A stretch of 64,000 nucleotides of DNA from Setoptus koraiensis (lineage: Eukaryota > Animalia > Arthropoda), in assembly GCA_048013815.1 (NCBI GenBank), contig CM106585.1:20956001-21020000 (forward strand), written 5' to 3'. Under the pieces are notes generated by a model, which was given only the letters and a program-made list of their open reading frames with translations, was not told the DNA's origin and did no database searches. Shown piece after piece: positions 49,301-61,300 of this stretch (the first letter of the stretch is position 1; each line of letters opens with the position of its first letter). The translations under genes were made by a program, and so were the position numbers.

Positions 49301-52300
49301 CCTTGTTCGAGGCACTGTGTTGTGTGCATGTTGTTACATAACAACAAATCTCCCAGCTACCAACAACAGCAACACCCACAACACCAATGACGACAACCGT
49401 GTCCATATTCCCCTGCACAAATTGCGTCACCCAAGGCTGTTTGTCTCGGCTGCATGATGCGATCATTTGATGGACTCTATCATATCATATGAAATCATAT
49501 GATTTCATATGACGCACTGTATGGCTCCAACAACAACAGCAACAACGCCGGACAGAGCTAGTAGCTATGAGCTGCGAGCTGTGAGATTTTATATTTTCGT
49601 GCGATGCAATTGCTTGGGTCGTTGTCGATGGCCGGCCAGTTACGATCGCGTAACAGGCCGGCTCAGCGACCGGCCGCAGAGCGATGATCGAGTTTGCCCG
49701 GTCAAACGGAAGGTCTGAATCGGCGGTTGAATCGGTTCGAGGAAACAAGCTCATTTGGCGAGTCAATATTTACATTGGATCGGCAAGATTCTCGCTGTCT
49801 GTTGCAACCATTTCCATTGATCGGGCCGATGAACGAGCCAAATTGCCAGCATCTTTTTGTGTTCCTCGCAGCGCTGCCTAGGCCAGTCGCCAGTTTTCCT
49901 ATCGCGGCTGCATTGTGAACTGAATTCTGGCGACTCTTCGGCCGGACTGTTCGGCTCTGACAACAACAACAACAACAACAACAGCAACGACGACGACGAC
50001 GACGACGACGACGTAATTATTATACCGCATCCACGGATAGATTGATGCTCTTCTTTTGTGGCGAAACTGTTGAGTGGCCGCAGCCACGACGATCAATCAA
50101 AGCCACTGTTGGCCATTGAAAAAATATTACATAATTAGACTGACCGACGTCGAGCGGCCGCAGTTAATAGATTCGCCACGAGCGATGCAATGTAAATAAC
50201 TGGCGGCCTGTGTGTGAGTCAACTCTCTCAAAACTTGACGCTGATGAATACGCTGCTGATGAATACGATAGTAATGAGCTCATTAAAAATGCTAGTTAAT
50301 TTATAATAGTTAATCATGATTCGCGGCACAATTGAGACATTTGAGTATCGTGTGCGCCACGACGATCAATTGATTCTGGTTGAAGTCAGTGAGTTACTTA
50401 CACTGTATGCGATTTGAGCGTGAGAACGACACAACTCAATGGCTTGATTGGGGAGTCGGGTTTCATACTCAATATTCGCACTGTCTTGATTCACATGATT
50501 CATCATCATCTCGCGATACTGCGGCAATAGTGTGGCGATAGTGAGGCGATAGTGTGGCGATATTGTGGCAACATAATGGCAATATAGTGGCAACATTATG
50601 GCGCCATCTAGGTTTCGTGTGTTGTAAGTCGAGTGTTGCAAATGGCAACAGGTCATTGCGTCAGCGGCGCGAAAATTGCAGTCGGTTGCAAGTTGCAAAT
50701 GATTGGGGCGCAACAGTAACACAGTATAATGATGCAGGGATGCGCCATTGTTGTGTGTTGCTGGTTGTTTGTGTCTCGCCAGTTCACCTGTTGATGCCGC
50801 TGTTGTCGCTTATAAACAAATGATAGATCGATTTGCATAGACGGCGGACTTATGAGCAGAGATCAAGTGCCAAGTCACCTCTTTAGGCTGTCAAGATCGA
50901 CCTGTTGCTCTCTGTCTGGCTTGCGCTGTCTGGCTTGCGCTGGACGCCAGCGCCTGTCATCCGCTGTCTTGGCAGCCGCAATTGGCCGTTTACAAAAAGC
51001 TGGCTGTCGGTCGCTTATTTCTGGCCAGCTCTCAGGCTCTCAGTTTAATATATTCATAACACTGGCCACTGGTGCAACGCGCTTATCGCAGTGGCCCGCA
51101 GAGGTGAGATGTTGGCCGCGAGAGGCGAGCTGCCAGCTATTAGATTATCGCTTGGCGTATAATCTGGTCTATCGTCATTGCGCGCCGGATTATCCGCCAA
51201 GCGCGCATGTATTATGCGCGCATTTGGCAGATTACGGCCGCAAACGGGTGCTTCGGCGATATTCGCAATGGCAGCCATATTATTAATAGAATCATGTGTT
51301 ATGTGTGTGTGTGTGTGTGATTGGCTAAAAATGGATCATCATCATCGTCAAGTGTTGATGCTGCCGTCGTGGCAACACTCACACCGAGCTCAAGCTCAAG
51401 CCGCATTATGCTGGCAAGGCAACGCTTGTCATGTTGCATCAGCTGCCAATTGACGCTCGCCAATAAAATTCTCATTTTCATCACGGATCAAAATATTCAA
51501 ATTCGCATTATCTGATTCAAATTATCCGATGCACACTCGGGCGCACAATGTTTGGGCGCCATGACACCGCTAGGCGCAAGCTACACTATAGCTTGCTCAC
51601 AATGCCGACTCTGCCGATTCTGCCGATTCTGCCGGCAATGATAACCGCTGGCCAGACTGCGGCCAGCCAGCAGACAGGGCTGTGTTCCGGCGTTTGAGCA
51701 TGTCGAATGTCGTTATCGCGCTGGTCACTTGCGCTACGTAAGTTACGCTGCGTAAGTTACGTAAGTTACGTAGCGGTCAGAATGCGCCCTCCAGACTCTG
51801 GAGTCCAGAGTCTGAAATCCACACCGAGAGGCTCAGTTGAGTTGGTTGGTTTCTTCGGTGGATTGGCACAGTTTTGCACGGCAGCGAAGCGGTTACCGAG
51901 TGACCAGAATGAGCGCAGTTAGTTGCAAAGTGCGCTTCTAAAATCGTTGATCGATTAGCGTACGTCGGCCCCGTGATGCCGGCCAATCGCTGCCAAACAC
52001 AAACAATTATCTGTCATTGTGGTTGCATCTTTTGACGTTGCTGTTATTATCTGTTATTAACGGCAACACAGCTATTCACAGTGGGCCGGCTTGTATTCAC
52101 AGTCGGTTATTTTGTTTGTTTTGAGGAGGGGCGCAAAATTTAATTATATCATCTATTATCCATGCGCCTCTATTACCATTTGCTATTGGTTATACTTGTG
52201 CTTGGCATGGACTCCAATGATTGGAGTGTTTATTCGGTTGCGTCATTCAATCAATCGTTTCCATTGCGAGCTGTTGCCGCTGCTGCCACAAAAGTATCGC

Positions 52301-55300
52301 TGACTGTGTTAGCTTGACCGTCTGAGCGGCGGGCCGGCCCAGATTGAATGGTCATCATCGGCAGCAATAGGTAAATCGATCAATGTCTATTTTGGCGTGT
52401 CTCTCTCGCCGCTGCTAGTGCGGCTATTGCGCAATGCAACGTTGATATTTGTTGCGTGCCGCTGCTCGACCACAAGCTCGTCGTCGAAAATTGCCTGAAA
52501 ACCGGCGACCCTGGCGTGACTGATCTCGCATCATCGTTGTTGGCTCGTCGACGACAGCAAAACAACGCCGAGACACGCCAGACACACAATGTTTAAAAGG
52601 CCGACAGCGACGCCAAACGAGCCCGAAAAGAATGTCCATTGTTTCTGGCCGGCCGCTCAGTGGTCGCTCGCTTGGCCGACAATGCGCCGGCCGCAACCAC
52701 GAAACAAAAGAAGCGGCTAATTAGGCTTGTGCGCTCCGTTTAACTCGCTGCAACAGCCAACAGCGTAATTGAGACGCCGATCGTCTCTCATGTCGAATAT
52801 CAACTGGCCAGTTGATATCCGATCCGAGTTACGCGACGGCCGACAGAAACTGTTGCAGCAACACCGACGCCAGCGCCACTGACCACGGCGATCGCCGGAA
52901 AGCAGTGTGTGTCAATTTATGATCATCATGATATATAGTTGCCCATGCCGATACAGTATCGGCGATACTGTGTCGGCGATACTGTGTCGGCGATACAAAC
53001 TCACATGATATGCACAAAGTGGCCGGCCAATCGCAGACGAAGGGGGCGCAGCGATCGTCCCGTCGACCAGTCGCAGTTGGCCGAGCTCTCGCGTGGACAC
53101 AAGGCATCTTTTGGAGGCCACAACTGCACAGCAAATAGCAGCTCAGACGGCTCGTTGGCTCGCTCATAAATGGACGCTGTCGGCGTCGGCGTCGGAGTGT
53201 CAGTCATGGCAACCATTCAATCATTGGCCCTTGTTTATTGGCAATCGTTTTATTGTGAATTGTGAAGCCATACACACACACAACAGATCAGTTGATCAGT
53301 CATCGACTTTTGGTCGACTGCACTGACGCAATAAACTGGTTGCGCCAGTAAGTGGCCGCCAGTGGCTGACATTGACCACTGGTCAGCCACTGGCGGTGCC
53401 ATTTAAATTTGCTTTTGCTTGTTGGCGGTTGCTGCGGCGGTTGCTGCGGCGGTTGTTGATGCCAGTCGACACCAGAGAAATCGTTGAGTCGAGCAAGACG
53501 CCGACCGGCGGCCACAAATAGCTAGTTGCCGCAACATTGTTTTGGCGCATTGTTTCGGCCAACAAGCTTCGTCGAGCTTGCTCAACATGTAATTTTGCAG
53601 CCGTGATTTGATCGCCAGGTAGCGCTTCAAAACTCGTGTGCTGCCGCAGCAACGATAGGCCCAACAAACCGACACGAACATATCGTTTAATTGGCCCATT
53701 GGCTGGTAATAGAACAAGAGGCATAGATTATGTGGCGCGAAATAGAGGTGTCTCGTTGGCGAATCGCCACTGCGACCAGCGGGGCTCGTCTTGACAACAA
53801 GTGGCCGCGTTAACATGTTGACCAGCCGATATAATGCCTCTTGACCAACAGAGTGCGGCGACTGTTAATCACCTGTTGCGATTAACTGTACTAATTTGTT
53901 GCAGCGAGCGAGCACTTTTCAGCGCCACAATTTTTGGCGCCGGCTGCATCTATTTCCAGGGCTGTTCCAATCAATTCAATCTGATTCAACTGCGCAAACC
54001 AATTCAACTGCGATGCTGAGCCGACTGTATTCATCGCGAGTCGCGACTCGCGACGGCCTTACACTGTATAATTAAATGGGTACGCATCAGATTGCACTAT
54101 TATCATGGTTATTATTGTTGTGCGAGCTAATTGTTGCAAAGTTGCATCGGTCTCGCATCAGCAGGTGATTTATCATGAGCGGACGGTTCTTTTAACTTGT
54201 AAATTACAAGTGATCACTTGTGACTCACAAGTTGTGAGTGCCAACAAATGGGCGCTTATTTGCCCGCTGAATGGCGTTTATTTTTAAAATCTTATTTTTG
54301 CTTATTGTTGTGCAAATCTTGTTGGCTCATCTCTCAACTTGTGCGTTTCATTTACCTAGTGGAGAGGGGCGCACACACAGCAACACCGACTAACAAGCGC
54401 TAATCGTATTTTGATACACTAATGGCCATAATAAAAGCCAACAACAAACGTTTATGAGTTACGCAACAGTGATAGCCGACAGTGCGAAATCATCGCTTGT
54501 GCGCTTGTTTTGGCAAATAACGTTCAATTCTCATATTGAGCCTCATAGTTCGCATGCCACATGAATTGTATGTTGCATTGTTGGTTGGGCAACAAGTTTA
54601 TCAAGTTTAATAAGCCATTGTATTAGCGGGCCGATTATTGCGATTATTGTGCGCGGCGCGGCGCAGCAGAGCATGCAACAAACGCAGTTAGGCAAAGTCA
54701 CATAAAGAGTTGCGTAAGACAGTAACGAGTGCTCACAGGTAATGCCAGGCTCAGTGTGGCCGCCACCACCAGTTAGCGCCAGCTCACCTGTTGTATATGC
54801 TAATTTTTGATTTGGTTCGCTAGACGCCGGCGTTTTAAGTGGCGACGAGTGTAACATCGACGAGCAGCATCCGACAGACTGTTTCAGAATGCGTATTCAC
54901 AGCTCACACACTTGCAATTGCGTCTGCCCGAAATAGCCCATCGACGAGTTTGAGGAAACGCGCACTTGATACGAGTGTCAGCTGGACAGTGTGTGCCACT
55001 TTGCAACGCAACGCCGCTAGATCTGGAGCACCGTGCAACAACCGCAACAACCGCAGCAGTTGCACTTGTTGCAGCGGTTGTGGTTGTTGCAGTGGTTGCA
55101 GTGGTTGTAGTTGCTGTAGCGGCAACAACCGGTGGAATCTTCCTTTAAGGATGTGATTTTGTACACACTTACACATCACACTTGCAGGTAACAAGAGCCA
55201 ACATGTTACACAATCAATTGTGCGGCTGGCAAGACAGTGCGTTGATGTTGTCAGGCTGTTGCGTGTAACGCACATTTATATAGACTGTTTAGTGGCGGTG

Positions 55301-58300
55301 GTCCGATTAGCGAGTGTGCGGGCCACAACAACACAGCCAGTTGCGCAACAATTTTCATTTTTGCTATCGCTGCTGTCGCATTTGCAGTCAGTGGCGATGC
55401 TGCGTTGCTGTTGCCACCGTCCAACGGACACTGTCGCTGTTGTGGTCAGTTGATGCAAATTGCTCTCGCCGACAACAACATCAAACACAGTAAAGTCAAA
55501 CTGTTGCAACAACGTCAAAGCTCATTAAGTGGCCATCTTAAACGTCGCTCATTATTATTGTTATTGCTATTATTATTATTACTATTATTATTGTTGTTGT
55601 TGTTGTTGCTGTTGTTGTTGTTGTTGTTGCTGTTGTCGTTGCCATCATGCTGTTGCTGGTTTCCTTGACGACTAACAGCTGTCGCTCTGCATTGGTCCAA
55701 TTCGCCTGATTGTTGCCCGACACACACACACACACACACACATTGCAATTGAGTCACATTGTGTCCGACGGTCGGTTTGCTGTCAGCCTGTCGACCCCGA
55801 ACCGGCATCGCATCACATTGGTCACTTTTGTAACGTTACATAATTGCAACAACGTAACCGGCTCATCGTCTGCACAGCTTCTGGCAGCAGCAGTAGCAGC
55901 TGTGGTTGTTGTTGTGGTTGTTGTTGTGGCTGTTGCTGTGGTTGCTGCTGTGGTTGCTGTTGTCGCAGTGGAGCAGTGCTACATTGTGTATGTCCAGCGT
56001 TAGTTAACATTGTTATTATTATTGTGTGAGTGCCGTTGTTGTTGTTGTCTAAACAAGATGGTCTGGAGAGAGGCAAAAAAGAGATTACAGCGAGAGTGAC
56101 CAGTAGAGATCGGATTGACCCCCCTCGTTGTCGATGTCTTTATCAGCAGCCTTAATAGTAGCGGATTACAACAAACAGGCTGTGTTAATGGCGTGTCTTC
56201 TTAATAACAGAATAACAAAATAACAAAATAACAAAATGACACAACATAACAGAACAGAACAGAACACTTGTCGCTCGCGGGCTCTAACCGTGCCCACCAT
56301 GTGTTACGTAAGCCATTAATCAAATCAATTTTATTGCCCCTGGATACGATTAGTTAGCACAATTAGCAGTTGAAATTAAAAATGCAACTTACTGCATTCG
56401 TAATTGCATTGTAACATATTGTGAGCGACCAGCTTGCAGCATCGAGACATTGAGTGAGTGAGTGAGTGAGTGAAAAAGTGAGAAAAAAAGCAAGAGCTGA
56501 TTGAATTATTATTGAATTTGAGCATCGGAGCTGTGAGTAATAATAACAATTAATGTCTAAATGTAAATTATGATAACGGGCTAATGTGTCCAGTTGATAA
56601 AGTCCAGTCAAACACAGTTCGTCGGACAAAGCGAGACTAAACGAATGGAGCCGCTGATAATTGCGATACACAACGAAATAAATAGCACCCAATGACAATA
56701 ACAACTCACAGCTCGAATCTCAACCTGTCCATACGCCATCATGATTTAATCATGATACCTGGCCGAATTTCAAAATTGTAGCTCAAATAGATGGCGAGTG
56801 GCGTGTTGAGCGACAGTTTATCACTCACAGCCCGCATTGAACTCTCATTTTGCTCAATGTAATACGATCAACATAAATCAATCAATAATTTTTGTTTGAT
56901 TCTCTCACAATTCTTCTCAATAACATTCTCTCGCTGGTGGGCCGAATGTTGTGAGCGAATCAACCCATGACAATGCTCAAAGCATCTTCTTCCTGTCTGT
57001 TGGTGTGGCCAGAGAGCGCAATTGAATTGAAATTACAATAACAATAATAATAATAATAATCATGCCAATAATAATACAATGGATTTGAGTCGCCAATTGT
57101 CAGTTTAGTTTAGTTTATCTCTCTGATATGTGTGCGTATTTACTTTGGCTCACAATTGTAAGCTCACAGTCGATTCAGTTGGATGAGATTCGATTATCGC
57201 CACTGTCAGTGAGTGCATGCGGTTGTAGAGAAAAAACTAGCGATACCCGACAATGGCAAGCTGCTGTCTGCCATTGATCAATTCAACGATTCTTCGGCGT
57301 TCGGCGCTCGGCGAGCGTCACATGAGCAAATCAGCAAGACACTTGCCATGCGGCGAGACAGAGAATCACGACGACTGGCCAACAATGGGCGCCCTACATC
57401 GAGCGATAGATTTAAACGACTGTCCACTGTTGACTGTTGATGTATCAACCGTCAACGGTCGTTCATATCAGCAACAATCGCCGATACCAGCGATCGCCGA
57501 TATCAACAATCGCTCAAATCAACAGTTGTGATGCTGGCCATTATTTTCTCTGTCAAGCTTTCTGGCCTGTCAGAGAGCTGTGTGTGTTATGTAATATATG
57601 CGCCCAGCGACGACGCTGGTCTAAAAATATCGCCTCTCTGTCACTCTCACTATGTGTTATAAGCACACTGTACTGTTGTATGATGTGTAGTGTTTATTTT
57701 GTGCCATTCAATATGTGATAAGAATGGTGCAAGTTTTGGTGTCGATTTCGATTTCGAATGCGGCTTCCATTGCAAACTGTTGCACTGTTGAGATTAAATT
57801 CCAATTTGAATTCTGCCCAATGATTGTGCATCATTCTATCTTGTGCATCGTGGACCGTTGTTGACCGTAAACCGTTAACCGTCAACCGTTAATCGAACTC
57901 GGCCATTGTATCGGTCGCTCGAGTCGAGTCGCTCGCCGAATTGAATTGCTGCTCGAAATACTTCACCTACTATAATGGCATCTTCCTTCCTATGGCATGG
58001 CCGATGTTCTTTGTCGATCGCTGGCTGCCAATGCAAGTGATGCCACGGCTAGCGATGCCACGGCTAGCGATGCAAACGCCAGTGTCCAATGCGGCTCAGG
58101 GCACACGACACAACAAACAGTTGAATAAAATGCATACTTTTGATGACAACAACTCCAAACATATCATCATCATGATATTATTATCTGTTTTCTATTTATA
58201 AACTAAACTATTGTCGATGCCAACAAACCGTTGGGTCACCCAATCGCCACATCTAACTCTAACTGCAACTCTATCTCATTTGATCGCTTGTCCATCGCTT

Positions 58301-61300
58301 TTAGGCCTCATCAACTGGACAAGACCTGCTAGATGTGGTTATCAAGCATCTCAATCTGCTGGAGACGTCCTATTTCGGTTTGCGCTACCTCAATCACAAT
58401 GATCAATTGGTAAGTTATTTACACAATGATTATTTTCACCCAAGATGGCGCCATCACTGAAACTAACCCATTGAGTGAAACCCTAAATTAACTGTCCCTC
58501 TCTCTCTATCACATTATCGCTGTCACATTATGCTAACACTTTGCATTGTTGTTATCGGGGCACAATATCCAATCTCAACGCCACACAAACAACGTAATCA
58601 GTGTTGGCTGGACGTGACCAAAAGCGCAAGCAAACAGCTGAAAGGTAAGCAATGTCGAAAGCAATCAATTGTGACAGGTTGGCCAGTGGGAATTGGCAAC
58701 ATTGGCGACCATCATTCCTGAGATGAAGATTCTCTCTTTTTTTTTTGATTATCAGATTTTTGATTGTTCGTTGCTAGTTGCCAACTGCGGGTTCATCATC
58801 TTTTGTCTGTGTTACTGTGAGAGAGCGGGAGAATTTATTATCGGCCGGTCGATTCGCCAGCTAACCTTGAGCCGGTGCAGCACCACAACAACACCACCAC
58901 CAACAACAACAGCAACAACGACAACAACAGCAGCAGCAGCAACAGCAGCAACAACGGCAACAACAACAGCAACAACGAAGCGAACTATCGTGTGAATGCT
59001 AACAAGAATACGCTGCCTTTGTCATGACGACAACAACAACGACAACAACAACAGGTGATGCTGCCGTTCATCATTAGCTCATCGTCCAATAATCTGTCGG
59101 AGGTGACCAATGCGGTCTCACTGCTGCTTACTGTTGCCGCCATGACCACGATGAGAACGGAAATCAAAGGCCAAGTTGCTACCTGTTTGCACTTTATTAC
59201 TGTGATTTAGTTTACGTTGAGAGATTGTGTACACCCCACACATAGCAGTGAAGCTGCATCACGCCTTAATGAGCATCATGCAACAGAAGACAAACACGAT
59301 CGCTCGCATTATTCATATCAGTGCCAGGCATCTCACAGTTGAGTCAGCATAATGATAATAATTACACAGTCACTCTACTCACAATAAGACATGATGCAAA
59401 TTCTTCTCAATCTCACAAAATTCTTGCTGGAAATTCTCTAGTTGGCTCGCAAATCAAATTAACATGCACACACATACAGGAACAGCGACTTTCTCACAGT
59501 GTCAGCGACATGATTAGCAACGCAACACATGCCCAATACAATATATAAAATTAAATCCAGATATTTGAGTTTAATGATCTCTCACTATGGCCGCTGTCCA
59601 CATATGATTATTAGCGGCACAATTGGATTTGTAGCTGCAAACAGCCAACAACAAACAGAATTCATTAGTTTGCTTCGTTTGTCGGCTGGCCGTGTCCAAC
59701 AGCGTGAGCGTAATCACTTTACTCACTTGTTAGCGTAACTGATGAATTGAGGTTCGCAGCTAAAAAGTAAAAACATTTTATGAAACATAATTGTTACATT
59801 AATCGATTACTCGAACTTGATTTAAATTTATTTTTGCAAGCTGAATCGAATGGACAAAAGCAGTCGGGCCAGCATCACTGTGATTTGGTCGCTTGCCATC
59901 TCGTCATCGTCGTCATCATCGTCGTCACCATCATCATCGCCATCATCATCGACATGGTCATCGCCATCTTCATCAGCGCCATTATGTGACATGACGCAGC
60001 AGCATCGTCTCCCCGCAAAAGGTGGCTGTTTGAGGTGATTGTGTGCCGGCGAGACAGTGGGCAACAAGCAACAAGTGCATGCGATTGACCAATCGAGCTC
60101 TCTTTCAATTAATGTTGACCCTGTGAGATTATCGGCCACAGCCAATACGTCTCTCTCTCTCTCTCTCTAATCCGTCTATGGCCAATTTATAGACGGCACT
60201 TGTCGTGTCTCGCCGGCAAAAGACAAGCGAGCGCCTCCTCGATCCATCATACAGAGTGGATCGCTAATGAGAACATGCTCTTCGAATGTAAACTTGAAAG
60301 CTCTCAATGGCGCAACGCTTCTGGCTCTATAATGCCGCCAACTAATTAACTGTTAATGATCCACGCCACTCTGTTATTAGTCTCATAATCAATCTAACGA
60401 TCTTGCCATCATTTTTGTTGTTATTATGTCCAGACGTGACCCCCATGACTGTGTATTTCGGTGTCAAATTTTACGCCACTGATCCGTGCAAGCTGGTCGA
60501 GGAGATTACAAGGTTTGTATACCAGCAGCACTATATATAATCATGTTGTTATATATAGCTATACAACATAATAATAATCATTTACGGCCGGCATTAATTG
60601 GCCGATGTTGGCCGCCATTTCAGTTGCGGTGCCAGCGATACTCGATAGATCGATCAATTTCTAATCAATGTCACACACGCTCTTTGGTCATCTTTCACAC
60701 GACTTTATTCATACTTGAGTAGATATCAATTCTTTCTGCAAATAAAACAAGACATTCTGCAGGCCAGGCTGCCCGTTTCGTTCGAGCTCTCGGTTGAGCT
60801 GTTTGCGCTGGCCGTTCAATGTAAGTGAAACTGCTGCCCTCGGCCAGTGAAAACAATTTCAATCTCATTTCCTCTTTAAAGCTTTCAAACATCTCTCTAT
60901 GCTGACATTTTCTTCAATTTCTCAGTTTCACTTATCTGAGAGAACGAAGAAAAAAGTCAGTCTCACGCATAACGAGTGAGAGCGGCATGTCAATTAACGC
61001 GCGATGTCTGTCTTATGTCTCATGTCCAACCAAATACTGTATTATTTTAGCCGAACTTGGCGACTATGACCCGCAACGCCATCTGGATGGTTACGTTGGA
61101 GAGTTTCAGTTTGTACCAAATCAAACTGTTGATTTAGAGAAACGCGCCGCAATTTATCACAGAAATCACCTAAATGGACAGGTGCCCGCTACAGCGGAAT
61201 TGAATTTTCTCGAACGAGTCAAATGGTTGGACTTGTACGGTTGTCATTTAATACCGATCCAATACGAAAATTGCGACGAGTACGCGCTCGGTCTCGGCCC

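Noticed and set aside
60193-60345. Phase-compatible cassette exon ([12 protein letters not shown]..) between FERM exons 3 and 4
   Set aside because: No convincing donor in the required phase, and it would interrupt the F1 fold.
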